Below, in pieces: positions 48,406-58,965 of a stretch of 64,000 nucleotides of DNA. Origin of the DNA: an uncultured Acidobacteriota bacterium (GTDB lineage Bacteria > Acidobacteriota > Thermoanaerobaculia > Multivoradales > JAHEKO01); assembly GCA_963713825.1 (NCBI GenBank), contig CAVQNG010000025.1, forward strand, positions 704,001-768,000, given 5' to 3'. Position numbers and translations under genes: made by a program. The number at the start of each line of letters is the position of its first letter. Positions within the stretch are counted from its first letter, which is position 1. The notes under the pieces are model-generated. The model saw nothing but the letters and a program-made list of their open reading frames with translations, did not search any database and had not been told where the DNA came from.

Positions 48406-48930
48406 TTGGGCACTCCTGCTTTCTCTCCGACACTGCTCTTGATGGGTTCGAACATCGAGCCCAGGGTCAATATCGCCCGCGCTGCGACCTTGCTGCTCGA
48501 GTCTTTCCCGCAGGTCCGTTTTTCGCGCGTCTTCGAGACTGAGCCCGTCGGAGCAGCGGACGCGCCCTGGTTTCTCAACGCTGCGGCGGCGATCTCGACC
48601 GATCTCAGTCCCCTGGAATTGAAATACCAGCTCTTACGGCCATTGGAGTCGAGCCTCGGGCGGCGACGTTGCTCCGACCGGAATGCCCCGAGAACCATCG
48701 ATCTGGACATCGCCATGTGCGGTGACCTTGTGATGAAGGTCAAAGCGGAGGGTCTGGAGATCCCAGATCCTCAAATCTTGAACACAGCTCATATCGCTCT
48801 GCCTCTGGCCGATCTCGCGCCTGAAATGTTGCATCCCATCACTGGACAGTCCTTACGGGAGATTGCCGCGGGCCTGACCGGTGGTGCCTCGGTGAAGCCG
48901 GTTGTTGATATGGAATTGGGCGGGGTGTGA
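48406..48930 (+). CDS. folK: 2-amino-4-hydroxy-6-hydroxymethyldihydropteridine diphosphokinase
   Basis: MGSNI, FETEP, FLNAA, PRTIDLDI. Confidence 0.93.
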   Translation: MGTPAFSPTLLLMGSNIEPRVNIARAATLLLESFPQVRFSRVFETEPVGAADAPWFLNAAAAISTDLSPLELKYQLLRPLESSLGRRRCSDRNAPRTIDLDIAMCGDLVMKVKAEGLEIPDPQILNTAHIALPLADLAPEMLHPITGQSLREIAAGLTGGASVKPVVDMELGGV

Positions 48931-48966
48931 GGGCAATTCCGATGTGGACTCCGATAAGGTTCCAAG

Positions 48967-50418
48967 ATGCGTAGGCCCGTGGCTCGCCTGACCCGATCGT
49001 GGATGGTCCTGGTAGGGCTGCTGATCTGTTCAGCGGCCTACTCTCTACCAGCGCCGACCCGCTTGGAGTTCATCGGCGAAGCTCTTGTCCCACCCGGTTC
49101 GCAGGTGGAGGGTCGGAGTGTGGGTGGTCTGTCGGGGATTGCCTACGAGCCGAGCTCGGACCGATTCTTCGTGGTTTCGGACGAACCCGGGAATCGCTTC
49201 CCAGCCAGTTTCTTCGTTCTGGAGATCGACCTGAAAGAAGGTCGGCTCGAGAAGGGGGCCGTGCGCGTCACAGATGTGGTGACGCTGCAAGATGAACCTG
49301 GTCAGCCCTTCCCGACAAATGGCGTCGATCCGGAGGGCGCTGTTTTCACCTCTGATGGCAACCTCCTCATTTCGTCCGAGGGTCAGGCCAGCGCCGGAGT
49401 TCCTCCATTCGTGCGTGAGTTCGGGGTCGATGGCCGACCGATAAGAGCGTTCGAGCTACCATCCCGGTACCTGCCGTCTCCTGGCCACGGAGTGAGGCAC
49501 AACCTTGCGTTCGAAGCCCTCACCATCAGCCCCGACAGCCGATACGCCATTGTGGCTACTGAGAACGCTCTGGCGCAGGATGGGCCGAAATCCTCCCTGG
49601 AGACCAGGAGCCCTGCACGGTTGGCTAGATTCGACATGCGGGGCGGGTCACTGGTCGACGAGTATTTGTATTGGGTAGAGCCAGTGGCCAGCCCGGCCAC
49701 CCTGACAGACGGCCTCGAGGTGGCCGGTTTGGTGGAACTGATCGCCCTGGACGAGACTCGTCTGTTGGCGCTGGAGAGATCCTTCTCGATGGGAGCAGGC
49801 AACGCGATTCGCCTCTTCCTGGTCTCGCTGGAAGGAGCCACGGACATCAGCAGCCATGAGTCGCTGGCGGCGATCGATCTCGAGACGGTTCGGCCGGTGA
49901 CCAAGCAACTACTCATCGATCTTGATGACCTTGGCGTCAGTTTGGACAACCTGGAAGGCATGACTTTCGGCCCGCAGCTCGCCGATGGGCGGCGCAGCCT
50001 GATTCTTGTTGGTGACGACAATTTCAACTACCCGATCCAGGTCTCGCAGATCCTTGCCTTCGCTGTCGGCTCAGAGCCGATGGGCATTTCTCAGGCTCAG
50101 GGGGCTGGTCACACGTCGCCGCTGGAAGGTCAGTGGGTGGGAGGGATCGCCGGTGTCGTGACGGCGCTGCAAGGGGGCCGGGAGGCAGGTTTCTGGATGC
50201 AGGAGTCGGAAGGCGAAACGGCACCTGACACATCGCAGGCCATTCAAGTTCTGGCAGAACAGGCCGGTGATGTCTCGATCGGTGACCGGGTCGAAGCCTG
50301 GGGTCGCGTCGTAGAGATGGACAACCGATACGGCCTGACCGTCACGGTGCTCGAGGCGAGCTCGCTCGAGGTCCTCGAGAGTAATGTCGACCTGCCGCCT
50401 GGCGGTCCAGATTGGTGA
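48967..50418 (+). CDS. Secreted phytase-like esterase domain plus OB fold; 5' part of a probably frameshifted gene
   Basis: GGLSGI, DPEG, NLAFEALT, LALERSF, DNLEGM, VGDDNF; then ISQAQGAGHTSPL...GFWMQ, typical of the start of ExeM/NucH nucleases. Confidence 0.82.
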   Translation: MRRPVARLTRSWMVLVGLLICSAAYSLPAPTRLEFIGEALVPPGSQVEGRSVGGLSGIAYEPSSDRFFVVSDEPGNRFPASFFVLEIDLKEGRLEKGAVRVTDVVTLQDEPGQPFPTNGVDPEGAVFTSDGNLLISSEGQASAGVPPFVREFGVDGRPIRAFELPSRYLPSPGHGVRHNLAFEALTISPDSRYAIVATENALAQDGPKSSLETRSPARLARFDMRGGSLVDEYLYWVEPVASPATLTDGLEVAGLVELIALDETRLLALERSFSMGAGNAIRLFLVSLEGATDISSHESLAAIDLETVRPVTKQLLIDLDDLGVSLDNLEGMTFGPQLADGRRSLILVGDDNFNYPIQVSQILAFAVGSEPMGISQAQGAGHTSPLEGQWVGGIAGVVTALQGGREAGFWMQESEGETAPDTSQAIQVLAEQAGDVSIGDRVEAWGRVVEMDNRYGLTVTVLEASSLEVLESNVDLPPGGPDW

Positions 50419-51817
50419 GGCAGGCAGAAAGCCGCCTGGCTCGGTGGTGGACAACGATGGCTTGCAGTGGTTCGAGCCTGAGTTCGACGGCCTCGACTTC
50501 TGGGAGAGCATGGAGGGAATGAGAGTCGAAGTTCGACGGTCGACCGTTGTCGGACCGACCACTCGACATGGCGATGTTGTCGTGATCGGAGATTCGGGAC
50601 TGATCGCGTCGCACAGGACCAGCGCTGGGGGCGTCCTCCTACGGCCCGGTGAGATGAATCCGCAGCGCTTGGTCGTTGACTCGTTTCGAGTCGGAGGAGC
50701 TCCGTCGACGGCAGTCGGTGATCGCTTCGACGGCGAGATCGTGGGTATCCTGGACTACCGATTCGGAGCGTATCGCCTGCTTGCGACGCAGCCCCTCCCC
50801 GAAGTGACGAGTCGACGACGGGAGGTAGCTCGAAGCCGGTTGACCGGGGGGCGCGGCAGCCTGACCCTTGCCACCTACAACGTCGAGAACCTGGATCCGT
50901 CGGCCGGCCGTGAGCGCTTTCGGAAACTCGGGTTGGTGATCGTCGATCACTTGCGAAGTCCCGACATCCTGGCTCTGCAGGAGGTCCAGGACAACAGCGG
51001 TGCCGAGGACAACGGCGTCGTCGAGGCGGATGAGACGTTCGAGGGACTGATTCAGGCGATCGGTGCGGCCGGAGGACCGACCTACGACTACGTCCAGATC
51101 GATCCAGTGGATGGTGCTGACGGCGGGCAGCCCGGGGCCAATATTCGAGTCGGATACCTATTCAACCCCGCTCGAGTCCAACTTCGCCGCCGCGGTTCAG
51201 ATACGACGTCGGGGCCATCGACAGCCGCCACTCTGGGCGCGCGTGGAGCCGGGTTGTCGGTGAATCCCGGTCTCGTCGAACCGCAGCATCCTGCCTTCTC
51301 GGGTGACGAGGCCCGAGGTTTCGAACCGGGTCGCAAGGCGCTGGCGGTGGAGTTCGAGTTCCGAGGCGAGAAGCTCTTCGTGGTCAACAATCACTGGAAG
51401 TCGAAACGGGGTGACGAGCCGATTTTCGGCGTCCGCCAACCGCCTTTCTGGTCCACGGAAGATCAGCGCTCACAGCAGGCAGCGGTCATTGGTGGATTCG
51501 CCCAAGCACTCACCAGGTTGGATCCGTTGGCGAGAGTGATCGTGCTGGGAGACCTCAACGACCACGAGTTCCGAAGCCCACTGCGGGTCCTGGAGGGGGC
51601 CGGTCTGGTGAATCTCATGGGACTGGTACCCGTGGCGGACCGATACTCGTTCAACTACCGTGGCAACTCGCAGCTCCTGGACCACGTGCTGGTCAGCCGC
51701 AGCCTGTACGACACGGCGAATCCCGAGGTCGACGTCATCCACATCAACGCCGATGTCGCCGCCGACGAGAGAGCGAGTGACCACGATCCGGTCGTGGTGC
51801 GGCTGCATCTGGATTGA
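50384..51817 (+). CDS. ExeM/NucH-type endonuclease/exonuclease/phosphatase; 3' part of the frameshifted gene
   Basis: FWESMEGM, ATYNVENL, LQEVQD, NHWKSK, GDLND, LDHVL, SDHDP. Confidence 0.85.
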   Translation: MSTCRLAVQIGEAGRKPPGSVVDNDGLQWFEPEFDGLDFWESMEGMRVEVRRSTVVGPTTRHGDVVVIGDSGLIASHRTSAGGVLLRPGEMNPQRLVVDSFRVGGAPSTAVGDRFDGEIVGILDYRFGAYRLLATQPLPEVTSRRREVARSRLTGGRGSLTLATYNVENLDPSAGRERFRKLGLVIVDHLRSPDILALQEVQDNSGAEDNGVVEADETFEGLIQAIGAAGGPTYDYVQIDPVDGADGGQPGANIRVGYLFNPARVQLRRRGSDTTSGPSTAATLGARGAGLSVNPGLVEPQHPAFSGDEARGFEPGRKALAVEFEFRGEKLFVVNNHWKSKRGDEPIFGVRQPPFWSTEDQRSQQAAVIGGFAQALTRLDPLARVIVLGDLNDHEFRSPLRVLEGAGLVNLMGLVPVADRYSFNYRGNSQLLDHVLVSRSLYDTANPEVDVIHINADVAADERASDHDPVVVRLHLD

Positions 51818-51833
51818 TGGGTCCGACGGGGTT

Positions 51834-53303
51834 TCAGGATTCGGATCCGTCGAGGAACTGTCTGGCGAACTCGACGAACGTGTGAGCGTCGCTGAAATTG
51901 CTGACGATCCCCACCGAGATACGGACGGCACCGGTACTCTTGCCGTCGATGCACAGTCGGAAGTCGTCGTAGGTCATGCCTTGGTCCGAGCTCGTGAAGC
52001 AGGTGACGAGCTCCTGCTTGGAGAGTCCCAGCGCCATTTCGCCAGCGCCGGGATTGCAGAAGCAGCCCGTGCGCAATGAGATCATCTTGGCGCTGGCCTG
52101 CTCTTCGACGATGTCGTGGTCGATGACTCGGCCATTCGCATCGTAGAAGTTCAGGGTGATCGTGCCGCCGCGCTGCTCGGAGGCCCGCGGGCCAAAGATC
52201 TGAATCAGCGGCCGACCATTCTCGTGTCTCAGGGCGCCGAGGGACTCGATGAGCCAACTGGTCAGGCACGCGACCCGTAGGTGAATCTGATCCAGCCCGA
52301 CCTTTTCGAGGAAGTCGAGACCGATGTCGATGGCCGGGATGTTGGCGTAGTCCAGGGTGCCGTCTTCGAATGCGGCGGATCCAGCCGCCATGGTGTGACG
52401 GTCGGCTTGGACCGATGCCACCTCGATCGTACCGCCGGCGAACCAGGGCCGATGGAGCTTCTCGAGGGCTGGCCACCGCGCAATGAGTGCGCCGACACCG
52501 GTGGGGTAGCCAAACATCTTGTAGAACGACAGGGCAACATAGTCCGGATGGTAGCGATCCAGGTCGAGCCGGTTGGTCGGCACGAAGGCGGCGGCATCGA
52601 GGAGCACGTCCCAACCGTGATCCTGAGCCCTCTCGATCCACTCCAATGGATGTTGAACTCCGGAGAAGTTCGACTGGGCAGGAAAGGCGAAGAGGTTGTG
52701 GCCACCCTGCTTGGCGAGGCTCCAGGAGGAGTCCAACAGCGCTTCCGGTACCCGCATCTCCGGAGGAGCGACCGGAATATAGGTGGTCCTCGCCCCGTGG
52801 GCCCGGTCGAATTCGCGGATGCCGTTGACAGAGTTGTGATTGTCGAAGGTCAGGAGGAACTGGTCCCCGGGCTCGAAGGGATAGGACTCTCCGACCAGCT
52901 TCAGAGCGTGGCTCGCATTGGCGGTGAAGACGACGCCGTACTCACTGGGCGAAGCGTTGAAGAACTCGAGAATGTGCTGCCGCGTCTTCTCGACGAGCTC
53001 GGTCGTTCCGAGTGAGGTGGGATTCGTCGAGTGGGGATTGCCAAAGACCGTATCGCGCAGGAGGGCGGAATGGCGCTCGATCTGACGCTTGCCGTAGAGT
53101 CCACCGCCTGTGTAATCCAGGTAGACGTGGCCGTGGCGGTCGAGTCGCTCGAAATCCGTCTTGCGAAGCTCATCCAAAACGGCGGTCTCGCCGAAATCGG
53201 GACACGATTGCTGGAAGGCCTCGTAGGCCTGCTGGTGCTTCGAGGGCGAAGTGCCGGAGTCAGTCATGGTCGGGAAGAGTGGTGGGTTCGTGGCTGCGGG
53301 CAA
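51834..53303 (-). CDS. PLP-dependent class V enzyme, molybdenum cofactor sulfurase-like
   Basis: YLDYTGG, GNPHS, FPAQSNFSG, SFYKMFGYPTG, LRTGCFCNPG. Start probably ATG 53267. Confidence 0.88.
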   Translation of the reverse strand: MPAATNPPLFPTMTDSGTSPSKHQQAYEAFQQSCPDFGETAVLDELRKTDFERLDRHGHVYLDYTGGGLYGKRQIERHSALLRDTVFGNPHSTNPTSLGTTELVEKTRQHILEFFNASPSEYGVVFTANASHALKLVGESYPFEPGDQFLLTFDNHNSVNGIREFDRAHGARTTYIPVAPPEMRVPEALLDSSWSLAKQGGHNLFAFPAQSNFSGVQHPLEWIERAQDHGWDVLLDAAAFVPTNRLDLDRYHPDYVALSFYKMFGYPTGVGALIARWPALEKLHRPWFAGGTIEVASVQADRHTMAAGSAAFEDGTLDYANIPAIDIGLDFLEKVGLDQIHLRVACLTSWLIESLGALRHENGRPLIQIFGPRASEQRGGTITLNFYDANGRVIDHDIVEEQASAKMISLRTGCFCNPGAGEMALGLSKQELVTCFTSSDQGMTYDDFRLCIDGKSTGAVRISVGIVSNFSDAHTFVEFARQFLDGSES

Positions 53304-53379
53304 AGGCTAGCGGATCCCGGCATCCTCGATCAAGCATATTGCGACTATAATTCCGCCACTCCGCACTTCTCTCCACGCC

Positions 53380-54615
53380 ATGACGACCTCGACGCAGACT
53401 CAGTCCCAGACCGGCGAGGCGAAGGGTGCCCTTGAGATCGCCGAATCTCAGGCGGCTTCGGGAAGGACGACACTGGACCCTGCAACGGTACCTCGCGAGC
53501 TGGGACGTGTGGAGGCGGTGGAGTCCGGACCGACGCTGATCTGTATCGGAGGCCTGCACGGTAACGAGCCGGCGGGGGTCCTGGCGATCGATCGGGTTCT
53601 CCAACAGATCTATCGACGGGAGGAAGGCCTCTGCGGGCGCATGGTGGGAATAGCCGGAAATCTCCGAGCGCTGGCGGCTGGCCGCCGCTACGTCGAGCAC
53701 GATCTCAACCGGGCCTGGCGACCAGGTCGGGTGGAGCAGCTACAAGCGCTGCCTGGACCTCTGGATGGCGAGGACCAGGAGTTGGTCGAGTTGAATGCGG
53801 TGTTGAGCGGAGTCCTCGACGAGGCGCCGGGCAGGATCTTCCTGCTGGATCTGCACACGATTTCGGGACCAGGACCGGCGTTCGCCATTCTCGACGACAC
53901 TTTGCAGAACAGAGAGGTGGCACTGGACTTTCCCGTACCTCTCGTCCTGGGCCTCGAGGAAGAGTTGAGCGGAACCTTGGCCAACTACATGACCGCACGG
54001 GGAGTTACGGTCGTTGGATTCGAAGCCGGCCTGCACGATGACCCGATGTCTGTGGATCGGGCGGCCGCTGCTATCTGGATTGCCCTGGACTCCTGTGGGA
54101 TCTTCGAGCACGAGAGCCGCTTGGAGGTAGCGGCGGCGAGAGATCTGCTGCAGCAGCAGAACGGGTGCCCAGCCCGGATCGTCGAGGTGCGATACCGACA
54201 CAGTGTCGAGGCTGGAGATAGCTTCGAGATGGACCCCGGGTTCAGCAGCTTTCAGCCGATCGAGGCCGGGCAGGAAATAGGCACCGCCAGCCGGGGTCGA
54301 GTCGAGGCCCCCCGTTCGGGCCTGCTCCTCATGCCGCTCTACCAGGATCAGGGGAATGACGGGTTCTTCTTGGTGAACGAAGTCCGGCCTGCCTGGCTAC
54401 CATTCTCGGCCGCTGTGCGGCGAGTGGGAGTGGAGCGTTTTCTGCATCTGCTGCCGGGTGTCGAGCGCCATCCAAACCGGCGGCAGACCTTCATCGTGGA
54501 TCGTCGCTACGCTCGCTGGATGGCGCCACAGCTCTTCCATCTGCTGGGATTCCGTCAGGAAGGCAAAGACGGTCCGTGCTTGACCATGACCCGGCGCCGT
54601 GACCAGCTGCGCTGA
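53380..54615 (+). CDS. Succinylglutamate desuccinylase/aspartoacylase family zinc hydrolase
   Basis: GGLHGNEPAG, DLNR, DLHT, FEAG. Confidence 0.88.
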   Translation: MTTSTQTQSQTGEAKGALEIAESQAASGRTTLDPATVPRELGRVEAVESGPTLICIGGLHGNEPAGVLAIDRVLQQIYRREEGLCGRMVGIAGNLRALAAGRRYVEHDLNRAWRPGRVEQLQALPGPLDGEDQELVELNAVLSGVLDEAPGRIFLLDLHTISGPGPAFAILDDTLQNREVALDFPVPLVLGLEEELSGTLANYMTARGVTVVGFEAGLHDDPMSVDRAAAAIWIALDSCGIFEHESRLEVAAARDLLQQQNGCPARIVEVRYRHSVEAGDSFEMDPGFSSFQPIEAGQEIGTASRGRVEAPRSGLLLMPLYQDQGNDGFFLVNEVRPAWLPFSAAVRRVGVERFLHLLPGVERHPNRRQTFIVDRRYARWMAPQLFHLLGFRQEGKDGPCLTMTRRRDQLR

Positions 54616-54650
54616 CGAGAACCACAGGGTCCGGTGCTAGACTTCTCGCC

Positions 54651-56405
54651 GTGACCATGCCTGCTGCTGCAGTCCGCGGCGCGGACGTCATCCAACACTC
54701 GTTCGACGAATTCCAGACCCGATTCAGGGCCGTTACGAGGCGTGCCATGGAGCGCTTCGAGAACCGCGACTGGGACGGCATTCGTCGGGATACGGTCAAG
54801 AGACTCGGCCTCCAGCCGCAGGCCGTCGGGGAGACGTTCGAGGCGCTGCAGGATCAAATCGGGGAGAAGATCTCCGACCGGGAGCTGTGGCCGGCGATGA
54901 AAGAGGCCTACTCGCTGGCCATTCTCGGACGCAACGATTTCGAAGTCGCCCAGACGTTCTTCAACTCCCTGACCCGGCGGGTCTTTCCACACGTCGGAGT
55001 CGACCCCAGCATCGACTTCATATCCGACGATTTTCCCCTCCCCTACAGGGGTTGGGAGATGGCCAGCACGCGGCTCTATGCCGTTCGACAGGTCGATTCT
55101 GGAGTCGTTCGAAGAGTTCTGGAAGACGCCGCTTTTCGCGTTGCATTCTCCGATCTTCATGGCGATGCCACGTTGGCTGCCGACCGTCTGCGGCGAGACA
55201 TTGTCCTCGCTTTCGGCTCGGAGAAAATCGAGGCCCTGGACATTCTTCGACCCGTGTTCATTCGCAACAAGGCCGCCTACATCATCGGCCGGGTGCGGCG
55301 GGGTGAGCGGATCCTGCCGCTGGTGATTGCCATCTTGAATCGTCCGGGAGGCTTGCGGGTCGATGCCGTTCTGACCAGTGAGGAGGACGTCAGTATCGCT
55401 TTCAGCTTCGCCCGCTGGTACTTCCATGCGGACATCGCCAGCCCACGTCAGGTGATCGGATTTCTGCACTCGATCCTGCCGCGCAAGCGAATCGGTGAGC
55501 TCTATCTGTCCCTGGGCTACAACAAGCATGGCAAGACCGAGTTCTACCGCGACCTGATGAAGGACATCGACGCCTCGCAAGAGCGTTTTGTCGTCGCCCC
55601 CGGCCAGCCAGGGCTCGTCATGTCGGTCTTCACGCTGCCCTCGTTTCCATTCGTCTTCAAAGTGATCAAGGACTTCTTCCCGCCCTCGAAGCAGGTGACC
55701 CGTGAGGAAGTCATCCAGAAGTACCGCGATGTCATGCTTCATGATCGAGTGGGGCGCCTGGTGGATTTCCAGGAGTTCGAGCACCTGACCTTCCGCCAGG
55801 AGAGGTTCTCCGAGGAGCTGCTCGAAGAGCTCTTGAGGGTCGCTTCCCAAACGGTCTCACTCCAGGGTGGAGAGGTGGTGATTCGCCACCTCTATATCGG
55901 CCGTCGCGTGACGCCCCTGGATATCTTCGTGAACGAGGCCTCGCCAGAGGAATCGCGAGCCGCGGTCATCGACTGGGGAGTGACGCTCAAGGACCTGGCA
56001 GCGGCCAACGTCTTCGCCGGCGATATGTTGCTGAAGAACTTCGGGGTGACGCGCCACAATCGGGTCGTCTTCTACGACTACGATGAGATCTGTGCGCTGT
56101 CCGCTTGTCGATTCCGGAAGATTCCTCCGCCACGAAACGACTTCGAGGCGATGGCTCCGGAGCCATGGTTCTCCGTCGCCGATGAGGACGTCTTCCCCGA
56201 AGAGATGAAGAGCTTCCTCGGACTGCGGGGTGAGTTGGAGGGTGTGTTCATGGAGCACCACTCCGATCTGTTCGAGGCTGAGTACTGGCGTCGAACCCAG
56301 GAGAGAATCGTTCAGGGAGAGATCATCGACATCTACCCCTATTCTACGGACCGACGACTGAGGGCCGATCCGCAGGCACCGGGCTCGGGTGCCAGCTGGG
56401 GGTAG
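54651..56405 (+). CDS. aceK: Isocitrate dehydrogenase kinase/phosphatase
   Basis: TFFNS, RNKAAY, KHGKTEFYR, APG.PGLVM, VFKVIKD, HDRVGR, GDMLLKNFG, VFYDYDE. Confidence 0.96.
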   Translation: MTMPAAAVRGADVIQHSFDEFQTRFRAVTRRAMERFENRDWDGIRRDTVKRLGLQPQAVGETFEALQDQIGEKISDRELWPAMKEAYSLAILGRNDFEVAQTFFNSLTRRVFPHVGVDPSIDFISDDFPLPYRGWEMASTRLYAVRQVDSGVVRRVLEDAAFRVAFSDLHGDATLAADRLRRDIVLAFGSEKIEALDILRPVFIRNKAAYIIGRVRRGERILPLVIAILNRPGGLRVDAVLTSEEDVSIAFSFARWYFHADIASPRQVIGFLHSILPRKRIGELYLSLGYNKHGKTEFYRDLMKDIDASQERFVVAPGQPGLVMSVFTLPSFPFVFKVIKDFFPPSKQVTREEVIQKYRDVMLHDRVGRLVDFQEFEHLTFRQERFSEELLEELLRVASQTVSLQGGEVVIRHLYIGRRVTPLDIFVNEASPEESRAAVIDWGVTLKDLAAANVFAGDMLLKNFGVTRHNRVVFYDYDEICALSACRFRKIPPPRNDFEAMAPEPWFSVADEDVFPEEMKSFLGLRGELEGVFMEHHSDLFEAEYWRRTQERIVQGEIIDIYPYSTDRRLRADPQAPGSGASWG

Positions 56406-56424
56406 AGCAGGGTCGACGCGAGCC

Positions 56425-57537
56425 CTAAGTCTTCTCGCCGTACTGGTCCGTCATCCATTCCCGGTAGGTCTCGTCCATCACCGAGCGCCACCACGGTTCG
56501 TTGTCCACAAACCAGAGGACCGTCGAATCCAGGCCCTTGGCAAAGGCGATGGTCGAGCCGAAGCCGAGCTCGCCTTCGAGCCGACTCGAATCGATCGCGT
56601 ACCGACGATCATGCCCGGGTCGGTCGGTCACGAACTCGATGACCGACTCGCAAGAGCGACCCTGGGACGGCGGGGCCTCGGGATATCGATCGGCAAGCTC
56701 GGGTCTCTCCGCGAACAGCTTGTCAACAGAGCGGCAGAGCAGATGGACCAGGTCGAGGTTCGTCTGTTCGTTGCGACTGCCGATGTTGTAGATCTCTCCA
56801 ACACCGCCCCGTTCGAGGATCAATTCGATGCCGCGGCAATGATCGTCGACGTGGAGCCAATCCCGGACATTCTCACCGTCGCCGTAGACAGGGAGTGCCT
56901 TGCCGACCAACAGATTGACGATACACAGGGGAATGAGCTTCTCAGGGAACTGATAGGGACCATAGTTGTTGGAGCAATTGCTGATGCTGGTTGGCAGGCC
57001 ATAGGTGTGCTGATAGGCCCGGACCAGGTGGTCGGAGGCCGCTTTGCTGGCCGCGTAGGGCGAGTTCGGAGAATAGGGGGTCGTCTCGGTAAAGGCTGCT
57101 TCCGAAGGGCCGAGTGATCCGTACACCTCGTCGGTGGAGACGTGATGGAAGCGGGGGCTCTCGAAATCTCGATCAGGACCTTCCAGCCAGACCCGACGGG
57201 CTGCCTTCAGGAGGCTATGGGTGCCGTTGATATTGACATCGACGAAGATGTCGGGCCCGGAGATGGAACGATCGACATGCGACTCCGCGGCCAGATGAAC
57301 GATGGTGTCGAGAGATTCCGTTCGCAGCAGCTCTTCGACCCGTTTCTGGTCCCGGATGTCGCCGTGCACGAATCGGTAGCCTGGGTGAGCAGTCGCTGCC
57401 TCCAGGTTGGCCAGGTTGCCGGCGTAGGTCAGCGAATCGAGAACGACCAGTCGATCGTCCGGGTGCTGCCGGATCCAGTAGTGAATGAAGTTCGAGCCGA
57501 TGAACCCGGCACCGCCGGTCACCAGGAGTCTAGGCAT
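56425..57537 (-). CDS. rfbB: dTDP-glucose 4,6-dehydratase
   Basis: LVTGGAGFIG, AAESHVDRSI, STDEVYG, YAASK, DRPGHD; ATG 57537. Confidence 0.96.
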   Translation of the reverse strand: MPRLLVTGGAGFIGSNFIHYWIRQHPDDRLVVLDSLTYAGNLANLEAATAHPGYRFVHGDIRDQKRVEELLRTESLDTIVHLAAESHVDRSISGPDIFVDVNINGTHSLLKAARRVWLEGPDRDFESPRFHHVSTDEVYGSLGPSEAAFTETTPYSPNSPYAASKAASDHLVRAYQHTYGLPTSISNCSNNYGPYQFPEKLIPLCIVNLLVGKALPVYGDGENVRDWLHVDDHCRGIELILERGGVGEIYNIGSRNEQTNLDLVHLLCRSVDKLFAERPELADRYPEAPPSQGRSCESVIEFVTDRPGHDRRYAIDSSRLEGELGFGSTIAFAKGLDSTVLWFVDNEPWWRSVMDETYREWMTDQYGEKT

Positions 57538-58408
57538 GGTCAGGTTCTCCCAACTCGGCCAACATCGAGCGCAGAGCGATCCGCCAATGTGGTGGCCGGA
57601 TCGCGAGCTGAGTCCAGGTCGCAGTCTTGTCCAGCACGCTGTACTGGGGACGTCTTGCCGGCGTTGGATAGTCGCGGGTGGCGATGGGTCGAATTTCGAC
57701 GGGCCGGTCGAGGAGGTGACAGGAAAGTGCTTCTTCCTGGATTGCGACGGCGAAATCGTACCAGGAGGCGACCCCGGCATCCGTCCAGTGATGCAGGCCC
57801 CGCAGGTCGCTCGAAGCTGCAGCCTGCCATATCGCTACGGCCAGTCCCTTCGCCCATGTTGGCGTGCCGATCTGATCGGCGACAATCTCGAGATCTTGTC
57901 GGCCGTTCAGCCGCTTCAGCAGCGCTGTCACGAAGTTGCTCCCGAAGCTGGAATAGAGCCAGGCCGTGCGCAGGATCAGGGCGGCACCGTTCGTAGCCTC
58001 GAGCACGTACTCCTCTCCACGTCGCTTGCTGGAGCCATACACATTCTGCGGATTCGGCGTGTCCAGCGGCTGATACGGGCGGCTTTGCGCGCCATCGAAG
58101 ACGAAGTCGGTGGAGATATGAAGGACCCGAGAACCGTGCCTGACCGCGGCTCGGCCGACGTTTCGGGCGCCCTCGGCGTTGACCTGGAAGGCGAGGTCAC
58201 GCTCTTGCTCGGCGCGGTCTACTGCGGTGTACGCGGCGGCGTTGACAATCAGGTCCGGCTCGAGCTCGGCGACCTTTCGGTCCACACTTTCGACGTCGGT
58301 GATGTCGAGATCGCTTTGCCTGCAGCCAGTCAGCTCGAAGGTGGCCGGCGCAGTCCGCAAGATCTCGCACCCCAACTGCCCGTCGGCGCCGGTGAGGAGA
58401 ACCTTCAA
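57530..58408 (-). CDS. rfbD: dTDP-4-dehydrorhamnose reductase
   Basis: LLTGADGQLG, NAAAYTAVD, STDFVFDG, YGSSK, PARRP; TTG start overlapping the rfbC stop. Confidence 0.95.
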   Translation of the reverse strand: MKVLLTGADGQLGCEILRTAPATFELTGCRQSDLDITDVESVDRKVAELEPDLIVNAAAYTAVDRAEQERDLAFQVNAEGARNVGRAAVRHGSRVLHISTDFVFDGAQSRPYQPLDTPNPQNVYGSSKRRGEEYVLEATNGAALILRTAWLYSSFGSNFVTALLKRLNGRQDLEIVADQIGTPTWAKGLAVAIWQAAASSDLRGLHHWTDAGVASWYDFAVAIQEEALSCHLLDRPVEIRPIATRDYPTPARRPQYSVLDKTATWTQLAIRPPHWRIALRSMLAELGEPDHA

Positions 58409-58965
58409 GGGAAGCACTCCGCGGCCTGGAACCGGACGCCAGCGGCATCCTTGGCAGAGACCTTCGGCGGCAGGTTCGAAGTCAAGGGCCAGTCGATCGC
58501 GAGATCGGGGTCGTTCCAGATCACGGTGCGCTCGGCTCCAGGCGAGTAGAAGTCGGTGCATTTGTAGAGCACTTCTGCCTCTTCGCTGACGACGTAGAAG
58601 CCGTGCGCGAAGCCGGGCGGCACCCAGAGCATCTCTCTGTTCGTAGCACTCAGGGTCGCTCCGACCCACTGTCCGAAGGAAGAGGAGCTCCGTCGCAGGT
58701 CGACGGCGACATCATAGATTTCCCCGACCACCGCTCTGACGAGTTTTCCCTGCGCCCGGTCGATCTGGTAGTGAAGTCCGCGCAGGCACCCAGCTGTGGA
58801 CTGGGAGTGGTTGTCCTGAACAAATCGTGCCTCCAACCCTTCCTGGGAGAAAGTCTGGGCGTTCCAGCTCTCGAAGAAAAAGCCTCGTTCATCTTCGATC
58901 AGCCGAGGACGAATGCGTAGGACGTCTGGGATCGCCGTCGCCATGACCTCGGGAGCCAGGCTCAT
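58405..58965 (-). CDS. rfbC: dTDP-4-dehydrorhamnose 3,5-epimerase
   Basis: DERGFF, QDNHS, LRGLHYQ, GFAHGF. Confidence 0.96.
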   Translation of the reverse strand: MSLAPEVMATAIPDVLRIRPRLIEDERGFFFESWNAQTFSQEGLEARFVQDNHSQSTAGCLRGLHYQIDRAQGKLVRAVVGEIYDVAVDLRRSSSSFGQWVGATLSATNREMLWVPPGFAHGFYVVSEEAEVLYKCTDFYSPGAERTVIWNDPDLAIDWPLTSNLPPKVSAKDAAGVRFQAAECFP

